DNA of 49,564 nt from Anaerolineae bacterium (GTDB taxonomy: Bacteria; Chloroflexota; Limnocylindria; Limnocylindrales; CSP1-4): NCBI GenBank assembly GCA_035464455.1, contig DATHSE010000171.1:1-49564 (forward strand), written 5' to 3'. This document shows, in pieces, positions 43,353 to 49,564 of the stretch. The position numbers were made by a program, and so were the translations under genes. How positions within the stretch are numbered: position 1 is the first letter of the stretch; each line of letters begins with the position of its first letter. The notes under the pieces are model-generated. The model did not search any database, was not told the DNA's origin, and saw only the letters and a program-made list of their open reading frames with translations.

Positions 43353-44305
43353 GCGGCGTCTCGGCCGGTCGCAGACCCGCCTGCCTCGGCCACGGCTGCC
43401 CGTTCGGCGCCGTGGACGGCAGCGCCGATGGCGCCGGCCCAGGTGCCCAGCTGGGCCAGCACGACGTCGGCGCGATCGACGGGCTTGGTGAGGACGCGGC
43501 GGCGCATCTCGGCCTTGATGGGCTCGATGAGGAGCTCGCCGGCGCTGGACCAGCCGCCGCCGAGGATGACCAGCTCCGGCGTGAGCACGGTGACGGCATT
43601 GCTGATGCCGATGCCCAGGTAGCGCCCGATCTGGGCCCAGCCAGCGAGGGCGCGCTCGTCGCCCGCCCGGGCCTTCTCGATCGCCTCGCGCGGGTCGGCC
43701 GTGCCGCAGGCGATGGCCACCTGGTCGGCTCGGCAGTAGGCCTCCACGCAGCCGCGGTTGCCGCAGCCGCACCAGGGGCCGTCGGGGTCGATGGTCTGGT
43801 GGCCCAGCTCGCCGGCCTGGCCACGAAAGCCCTGGATGACCTGGTTGCCGATGGCGACGACGCCGCCGACGCCGGTGCCGAGGGTGAAGCCGATGAAGGA
43901 GTGCACGTCGCGGCCGGCGCCGAAGCGCAGCTCGGCCAGACCGAACGCACGGGCGTCGTTGATCAGCGCACTGGGCAGCCCGGTGGCCTCCGCCAGCGGA
44001 CCCCCGACGGGCGTGGCCGACCAGTCACCGGGCACATTGGTGAGGAAGGTGACCACGCCGGTCTCGGGGATATAGAGCCCGGGCACCGCCACGCCCAGGC
44101 TGTCGACCGGACCGCCGGCACCGTCGCGCACCTCCAGCGCCAGCGCGGCCAGCTGTGGCACCACCGTGCGCTCACCGCCGGACGTGTCGGTCGGCACGGA
44201 GCCCTGGTCGAGCGTCTGCCAGTCGTCGTCGGACCCGGCCACGACGGCCCACTTGATGTTGGTGCCCCCGAGGTCCAGCCCGATGTGGCGCGTGGCGTCG
44301 GTCAT
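43349..44305 (-). CDS. ROK family sugar kinase
   Basis: IGLDLGGTNIK ATP-binding motif and the ROK zinc motif PWCGCGNRGCVEAY. Confidence 0.85.
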   Translation of the reverse strand: MTDATRHIGLDLGGTNIKWAVVAGSDDDWQTLDQGSVPTDTSGGERTVVPQLAALALEVRDGAGGPVDSLGVAVPGLYIPETGVVTFLTNVPGDWSATPVGGPLAEATGLPSALINDARAFGLAELRFGAGRDVHSFIGFTLGTGVGGVVAIGNQVIQGFRGQAGELGHQTIDPDGPWCGCGNRGCVEAYCRADQVAIACGTADPREAIEKARAGDERALAGWAQIGRYLGIGISNAVTVLTPELVILGGGWSSAGELLIEPIKAEMRRRVLTKPVDRADVVLAQLGTWAGAIGAAVHGAERAAVAEAGGSATGRDAA

Positions 44306-44317
44306 GGCTGTGCGCCC

Positions 44318-45313
44318 TCAGCGCTCCTCCGTGATGCGGGTGTAGGCCGCAGTCACACCCAGGATGATCAGGCCGAAGACGATACGGCGCGTGCCTTCAG
44401 GCACCTGCAGCACCAGCAGCAGCGTGGCCAACACCTGCAGCACAAGGGCTCCCACGATGGTGCCGCCATAGCCACCGCGTCCACCGAAGATCGACGTCCC
44501 GCCGATGACCGCAGCCGCAACCGAGGGCAGCACCAGCGGCACCGCCAGTGACAGCGAGCTGGCCTTGATGAGACCCACGTACAGCAGCCCGCCGATGCCG
44601 GCGAGGACCGCGCTCAGGATGTACAGGCTGATGATGACCTGCCAGTAGCGAACGCCCGCCAGGCGCGTGGCGCCCTCGTTGTCGCCGATGGCGTAGAGCA
44701 GCCGACCGAAGCCGGTTCGCTTGAGCAGGAACCAGATGACGACGGCCAGCGGCACGAACACCAGCAGCGAGTTGGGGATGATCCCGAAGGAGCGGTCCGC
44801 CCCGAGCCAGGTGATGAGCTCGGGGATCTCCGAGCGCGTGCCCAGCATCAGGCGCTGGTAGACCAGCAGGAGACCCTCCACCACGAGGCCCACGGCCAGC
44901 GTCATGATCAGCGGGTGCACCCGGAAGATGCCGACGCCGATGCCGCTGCCCAGCCCTGCCAGCGCGGCCACGCCGAGCGCCACCACGATGGCCAGACCGG
45001 TACCCAGGTGGGGCGTCTGCGTAGCCATCACGAAGGCCGTCATGGTGGCCACGATGCCCACGGATAGATCGATACCGCCGGTCAGCATGGTCAGCGTCTG
45101 TGCGGCTGCGAGGATGGCCAGCGGGATGGCGAAGCGGATGATGTTGCTGATCCATCGCTCACTGACGATGCCGGGCTGGAGGAGCTCCACCACGGCGACC
45201 AGTCCCAGCAGCAGGGCGATGAGCGGGATGATCGGACGGTCGCGGAAGATGGTGCGAGGATCGATGCCTCGTCGCGCGGCGGTCTCGTCCATCACGTCCG
45301 TCGCGCTGCTCAT
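44318..45313 (-). CDS. Sugar ABC transporter permease (RbsC/BPD_transp_2 type)
   Basis: Polytopic. TGGIDLSVG motif. ATGA overlap with the upstream permease gene. Confidence 0.85.
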   Translation of the reverse strand: MSSATDVMDETAARRGIDPRTIFRDRPIIPLIALLLGLVAVVELLQPGIVSERWISNIIRFAIPLAILAAAQTLTMLTGGIDLSVGIVATMTAFVMATQTPHLGTGLAIVVALGVAALAGLGSGIGVGIFRVHPLIMTLAVGLVVEGLLLVYQRLMLGTRSEIPELITWLGADRSFGIIPNSLLVFVPLAVVIWFLLKRTGFGRLLYAIGDNEGATRLAGVRYWQVIISLYILSAVLAGIGGLLYVGLIKASSLSLAVPLVLPSVAAAVIGGTSIFGGRGGYGGTIVGALVLQVLATLLLVLQVPEGTRRIVFGLIILGVTAAYTRITEER

Positions 45314-46341
45314 GACCGCCGGCTCCGCAGGGCGACCACGGCACCGACCAGGACGACGGCGACCATGATGAGGCCCTCGACCACCTGTGCCACGTTGGGG
45401 TCGATCGACATGAGCGTCAGGTCCTGCCGGGCCAGGCGCAGGATGAAGACGGCCACGATGGGGCCGACCAGCCCGCCCTTGCCGCCGGCCAGGCTGACGC
45501 CGCCGAGCACCACGGCCGCCACGCTGGCCAGCAGGTAGGGGCCCTGGATGGGTGTGCCGATGCCGGTGTTCATGGTCAGGACGAGCCCGCCCATGGCCGC
45601 GAAGAGCCCGGTCAGGGCATACGCTGCGACCTTCGTCCGATCGACCGGCACGCCGCTGCGGAAGGCTGCCAGACGATCAGATCCCACCGCGTAGATCGAC
45701 AGCCCCAGCCGCGAACGCCTCAGCGGGATCCACACTACGCCCAGGCTCACGGCCAGCAGCAGCAGGGCCTTGGGGATCCAGGCACCGAGCTCCGCCGGCA
45801 GGATGAAGCCGCCGACGGGGCCGATGATGAGGTCGCGCAGCCACACCGCCGAGGAGCCGCCGGGCGCATCCAGCACGAGCAGCGCGGCGCCCTCCCAGAT
45901 GAAGAAGAACGCCAGCGTGACGACGATGTCCGGAACCCGGGTCAGCACGATGGACAGGCCGTTGATGGCCCCCAGGCCGAGTCCCATGAGCAGGATCAGC
46001 CCGACTGCGATGATGCCGAACTCTTCGCTCTGGCCCTGCATCAGGACGGCCGCGCAGACGCTGGTCAGGGTCATCATGGCGGCCACCGACAGGTCGATGC
46101 CACCGACCAGGACGGCCATGGTCTGAGCCGCCGCGGCGAAGGCATAGGGCAGGGCGGCGATGGCCAGGATCGTCAGCTGCGGGGCCCCCCAGCCGGGCTG
46201 GATAGTCAGGGTGAAGACGAGCATCAACCCCAGCAGGCCCCACAGGGCCAGGGTCCACGAGTTGCGGCGCACGAACCGGCCGGCGATCTCGCCGGGCGAG
46301 CCCTTGCCGAGATCGGCCGTGGCGGGCGTCGTGGCACTCAT
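45310..46341 (-). CDS. Sugar ABC transporter permease (RbsC/BPD_transp_2 type)
   Basis: Polytopic. VGGIDLSVAAM motif. ATGA overlap with the ATPase gene. Confidence 0.85.
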   Translation of the reverse strand: MSATTPATADLGKGSPGEIAGRFVRRNSWTLALWGLLGLMLVFTLTIQPGWGAPQLTILAIAALPYAFAAAAQTMAVLVGGIDLSVAAMMTLTSVCAAVLMQGQSEEFGIIAVGLILLMGLGLGAINGLSIVLTRVPDIVVTLAFFFIWEGAALLVLDAPGGSSAVWLRDLIIGPVGGFILPAELGAWIPKALLLLAVSLGVVWIPLRRSRLGLSIYAVGSDRLAAFRSGVPVDRTKVAAYALTGLFAAMGGLVLTMNTGIGTPIQGPYLLASVAAVVLGGVSLAGGKGGLVGPIVAVFILRLARQDLTLMSIDPNVAQVVEGLIMVAVVLVGAVVALRSRRS

Positions 46342-47954
46342 GCCGTCTGGCCTCGCCCAGCCAGCCCGAGGACCGCCTCGGCCTTGCTGTCCATGGCCGG
46401 CAGCCCGTAGGCCGCTCGCATGAGCGCGGGTTCGTCCGCGTCCTCAGCGGGCATCTCGGCCACCACTCGCCCGTTGAAGATGACCACCGCGCGGTCACAC
46501 GCCAGCTGCACCTCCTCCAGCTCGGAGGTGTACAGCAGGACGGCGGCTCCGGACTCCGCCAGCTCGCGCAGCAGGTGGTAGATCTGGCGCTTGGTGCGGA
46601 TGTCGATGCCACGCGTGGGGTCGAAACAGAGGAGGGTCTGCACGCCCTCGGCGATCCAGCGGGCGATGGTGACCTTCTGCTGGTTACCTCCCGAAAGGCG
46701 ACGGACCTCGCCCTGGGCCCGGGTGTCGATCTGGAGCTTCTGGATGGCTGCGTCGACCTTCAGCTTCTCGGCGGCCATGCCGATCGGTCCCCAGCGCCGC
46801 CATCGGGCGGATGTGGGCAGGGCGATGTTCTCCCGCACCGATCGCTGCATCAGCAAGGCCTCGGCACGATCGCCGGGCACGTAGACGAGGCCGGCCGCGA
46901 TGGCATCCGCCGGGTGCCGGAAGTGGCTCTCCTTGCCATCCACGTGGACCGTCCCACCCGAGGGCCGGGCCGCGCCGGAGAGGATATCGAAGAGCTCATC
47001 CTGGCCCTGCCCTTCCAGCGCCACCAGCCCCAGGACCTCTCCCGGGTAGAGATCGAAGGTGACGCTCTTGAGCCGGGTCCCCGAGCTCAGGTCGCGCAGG
47101 TCCAGGCGTGGCCTCCGCTCTGTGGCGACCGCGCCGCCCGCCGGGGCCGCGCCGCCCGCAGGGGCCGCGCCGCCCGCCGACATGGCGGTGCCGCCGATGC
47201 TCACGACGCGCTTGTGGACGTCCGCCTCGTCGTCGGTGGATTCACCGAGCATGAGCTCGACGATGCGCTCTTCCGCGCCGGCCGCCATCTCCACGACCCC
47301 GACGGTCTCGCCGTCGCGGAGCACCGTGGCACGGTCGCAGAGGGCCCCCACCTCCAGCAGCCGGTGGGAGATGAAGATGACCGACCTTCCCGTCTCACGC
47401 TGGCTGCCGATGACCTCGAGGACACGCTCGGCGAGGTCGGCGGGCAGTGCGGCGGTCATCTCGTCGAGCAGCAGGATGTCCGGCTCGAAGGCCAGCGCAC
47501 GCGCCAGGTCGAGGACGCGCAGGACCGCCAGCGGCAGGTCGCGCACCATCGCGTACTGGTCCAGCTCCTGGACGCCGAGCTGGCTGACCCAGCCCATGAA
47601 GGCTTTGGCGGGCGTGCCGGTCAGCCGCAGGTTGGAGGCCACGTCGAGGTCGGGGATGAGCGCCGGCTCCTGGTAGACCGGGACGAGACCGGCCTGGCGG
47701 GCTTCTGCAGGTGAGTGCACGGTGCGCGACTGGCCGCGCACGACGATCTCGCCGGCGTCCGGCTTGACAGCCCCGGTGAGGATCTTGACGAGGGTGCTCT
47801 TGCCGGCACCGTTGGCGCCCAGCAGGGCGTGGACTTCGCCGCGACGGATGGACAGCGACGCGCCCCGCAGCGCTCGGACGGCGCCGTATGTCTTGACCAC
47901 GCCGCTGGCCTCCATGAGGAGGCCGCCGGGCTGGGCTTCGGGTTCAGCGGTCAC
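46338..47954 (-). CDS. Sugar ABC transporter ATP-binding protein (duplicated ABC domains, RbsA/MglA-like)
   Basis: Walker A GANGAGKST, DEMTAAL, and a second-domain signature LSGGNQQKV. The inter-domain linker contains an Ala/Gly/Pro repeat (AGGAAPAGGAAPAGGA). Confidence 0.85.
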   Translation of the reverse strand: MTAEPEAQPGGLLMEASGVVKTYGAVRALRGASLSIRRGEVHALLGANGAGKSTLVKILTGAVKPDAGEIVVRGQSRTVHSPAEARQAGLVPVYQEPALIPDLDVASNLRLTGTPAKAFMGWVSQLGVQELDQYAMVRDLPLAVLRVLDLARALAFEPDILLLDEMTAALPADLAERVLEVIGSQRETGRSVIFISHRLLEVGALCDRATVLRDGETVGVVEMAAGAEERIVELMLGESTDDEADVHKRVVSIGGTAMSAGGAAPAGGAAPAGGAVATERRPRLDLRDLSSGTRLKSVTFDLYPGEVLGLVALEGQGQDELFDILSGAARPSGGTVHVDGKESHFRHPADAIAAGLVYVPGDRAEALLMQRSVRENIALPTSARWRRWGPIGMAAEKLKVDAAIQKLQIDTRAQGEVRRLSGGNQQKVTIARWIAEGVQTLLCFDPTRGIDIRTKRQIYHLLRELAESGAAVLLYTSELEEVQLACDRAVVIFNGRVVAEMPAEDADEPALMRAAYGLPAMDSKAEAVLGLAGRGQTA

Positions 47955-47990
47955 TGGTCCGTCTCTGGCTCGTGGTGGTGTAGGCGTAGG

Positions 47991-48021
47991 CGAGGGTGCG
48001 GGTCATCGACCCGCACCCTCG
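47991..48021 (-). other. Intercistronic GC-rich stem-loop between the SBP and ATPase genes
   Basis: CGAGGGTGCGGGTC (47991-48004) pairs perfectly with GACCCGCACCCTCG (48008-48021) across a 3-nt centre. There is no U-tract. Confidence 0.6.
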
Positions 48022-48044
48022 GGATCATCGCGTCGTGGCTGAGG

Positions 48045-49106
48045 CTACTCGCCGGGGCCCACGCAGGCGAGGATCTGGTCCTTGGTGTAGGTGGTCCAAT
48101 CGGGGATGGAGATGAGGACCGGCCACTCGTTGTCGAGGTCCGGATCAGCTGCCGCGCGAACGTTCTCCAGGCCTTCTGGCGTCACGTTCTCCCACACGAC
48201 CGGGTCCACCGTCACCATGCGGGACTCCTCGTCCGCCGGGGTGATCGGCAGCTCGCCGTTGAGGATCTGGAGCGCCAGCGTGACGCCTGCGCCACCCACG
48301 GAGCCGGGGTTCGTGACCGCGGCACCCTGGAGACCCTCGATGGTGCCCAGGTACTGCACGAACTGCGAGTTGTCCGCGCCGACGATCGGCACGAAGAGGT
48401 CTTCTTCCATCATGGCGTCGACGATGACGTTGTCGATGCCGGACGTCCACACGCCCTCGAAGGGGATGCCGCTGGCGATCATGTCCAGCATCTGCTGCTT
48501 GCCTTCATCCTGCTGCCAGCCGGTGAAGACCTCCCTGGCGATGGTGATGTCGGGGAACTCTTCCATGGCTCGCTTGATGCCCACGTCGCGGGCATCGTCA
48601 GCCGGATGCCCGGCCAGGCCGCGCATGTAGAAGAAGGGACCGTCGCCGCCCATCTGCTCGAACAGCCACTTGGCGCCCAGGTACCCGTAGGTCTCCTGGT
48701 CGTTGGTCAGGATGTAGGAGGATGGCTCGGTGACGGTGGCATCGACCGTGATGACGGGGATGCCGGCGCTGGTGGCCTCCAGCACGGCGGAGTTGAGGGC
48801 CTCGGGGTCTGCCGGGTTCATGATGATGGCATCGACACCGGCCGCGATGAGGTTGCGAAGGTCCTCGAGCTGGCCAGCCGGGTCGGTGTTGCGGTGCGCG
48901 ATGTTGAGGGATGCGACCTCACCCGATGCGAGTGCCTGCGCCTTGATGGAGCAGATCATCTCCTCGCGCCAGCCGTTGCCCTGGACGGTGTTGCTGACGC
49001 CGATGACGTAGCCGTCATCCTGGGCGACGACCGCGCTGCCGATACTCGTGGCGGCGAGAGCGATCGCGGCGCTGGCGGCGAACAGCTTGGGAAGCTTGTG
49101 GTCCAT
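48045..49106 (-). CDS. Sugar ABC transporter substrate-binding protein (periplasmic-binding-protein type I)
   Basis: ATG 49106 with an AGGAG SD. Signal peptide MDHKLPKLFAASAAIALAATSIGSAVVAQ with no lipobox Cys. YVIGVSNTVQGNGWREEM is typical of ribose/xylose-type SBPs. Confidence 0.8.
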   Translation of the reverse strand: MDHKLPKLFAASAAIALAATSIGSAVVAQDDGYVIGVSNTVQGNGWREEMICSIKAQALASGEVASLNIAHRNTDPAGQLEDLRNLIAAGVDAIIMNPADPEALNSAVLEATSAGIPVITVDATVTEPSSYILTNDQETYGYLGAKWLFEQMGGDGPFFYMRGLAGHPADDARDVGIKRAMEEFPDITIAREVFTGWQQDEGKQQMLDMIASGIPFEGVWTSGIDNVIVDAMMEEDLFVPIVGADNSQFVQYLGTIEGLQGAAVTNPGSVGGAGVTLALQILNGELPITPADEESRMVTVDPVVWENVTPEGLENVRAAADPDLDNEWPVLISIPDWTTYTKDQILACVGPGE

Positions 49107-49215
49107 GTGACTCCTGGTCCTCCTCACATGAGGGTGCTTGATGGCCCCTGGGCGCGCCGCGCCCGTCGAAGGCCGGGGTGGAACAGTCCTTCTCGCGTCT
49201 CGCTGCACCTCCTCG

Positions 49216-49564
49216 CTAGGCCTGACCGCGTGGTTCGTCATCTGGCTCGCGGACGATCGCGCCCGCGACACGCCGCGCGTGCTCCCGGTAGGCAGCCTCG
49301 AAGAGCGCACGCGAGCGCTCTGCGCCCACCACGGACGCGCGTGTGATGACAGGTGGCGTCACGCCCTGCTCCACCAGGAGCTGGGCGATGCGCACCTTCA
49401 GGGAGTTGACGATGGCCACGTACGCCAGCGTCGAGCCCGGACCGACCGGCGTGTCAAGGCCCGGTACCAGCACCATCGCGTCAGCCTCGTGGGTGCACAG
49501 GTCGATGACGATGTCAGCCTCGTCGAGCAGGCGGGCGCCGACGGCCGGGTCGGGCTCTCCGCCC
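49216..49564 (-). CDS. SIS-domain protein (UPF0309-like sugar-phosphate isomerase/binding family), 3' part only; the gene runs off the window
   Basis: The frame is open to the window edge. ..DIVIDLCTHEADAMVLVPGLDTPVGPGSTLAYVAIVNSLKVRIAQLLVEQGVTPPVITRASV.. matches the C-terminal half of that family. Confidence 0.65.
   Translation of the reverse strand, partial: GGEPDPAVGARLLDEADIVIDLCTHEADAMVLVPGLDTPVGPGSTLAYVAIVNSLKVRIAQLLVEQGVTPPVITRASVVGAERSRALFEAAYREHARRVAGAIVREPDDEPRGQA

Noticed and set aside
41488-43950. 820-aa minus-strand ORF overlapping the URO-D, GntR and ROK genes
   Set aside because: It is out of frame with three motif-bearing genes. The translation is almost pure Arg/Ala/Pro/Gly.
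47715-49346. 543-aa plus-strand ORF opposite the ABC ATPase and SBP genes
   Set aside because: It is a shadow frame with no motifs. The minus-strand frames carry Walker/signature and PBP motifs.
1-49564. Search for mobile-element hallmarks (integrase, transposase, phage structural genes, tRNA attachment sites, long terminal inverted repeats)
   Set aside because: None was recognised by eye in any frame. The TA island therefore cannot be called an integrative element on present evidence.

Overview
This is a high-GC (about 70%) bacterial chromosomal window. It looks Actinomycetota- or Chloroflexota-like, but the lineage cannot be resolved from the sequence alone. I support about 45 protein genes. 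I found no rRNA, tRNA, CRISPR array, transposase or integrase. Many of the long six-frame ORFs are Arg/Ala/Gly/Pro-rich shadow frames of the real genes, which is typical at this GC content.

Layout:
(1) 0-12 kb: GyrI-like protein, a divergent LysR/DUF4395 pair, a UvrD2-like helicase with an HRDC tail, a P-loop kinase, an orphan protein, and a translationally coupled SbcD/SbcC-like (YhaO/YhaN-type) nuclease-ATPase operon whose ATPase carries a transmembrane hairpin inside the coiled coil.
(2) 12-19.5 kb: an accessory, toxin-antitoxin-rich island. It starts with about 650 bp of repeat-laden non-coding DNA and then holds Phd-VapC, a coupled MerR-vWA pair, DUF202, an orphan protein, Xre(DUF2384)-RES, another orphan, a second Phd-VapC and a frameshifted RHH antitoxin.
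(3) 19.5-27.3 kb: a same-strand array of a PD-(D/E)xK-like protein with an acidic tail, a NERD-SF1 helicase fusion, and a 1679-aa alpha-2-macroglobulin with no thioester motif.
(4) 27.5-40 kb: a nitroreductase with a Lys/Ala/Thr repeat tail, an N-formylglutamate amidohydrolase-family protein, a secreted thermonuclease behind a 20-bp tandem repeat, a NagB-like protein, secreted and cell-wall proteins (a RanBP2-type zinc-finger Pro-rich protein and a GH25 muramidase), a GNAT, a membrane-anchored M1-like metallopeptidase and an MFS transporter.
(5) 40.3-49.6 kb: an amino-sugar utilisation operon (SIS, ABC transporter, ROK kinase, GntR, URO-D-family protein, NagA).

The best candidates for an undescribed system are the nuclease-like + NERD-helicase cassette (24.7-27.3 kb) and the MerR-vWA dyad inside the TA island (13.4-15.3 kb). 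The membrane-inserted SbcCD-like pair comes next. All functional calls rest on motif recognition by eye, and no database search was run.
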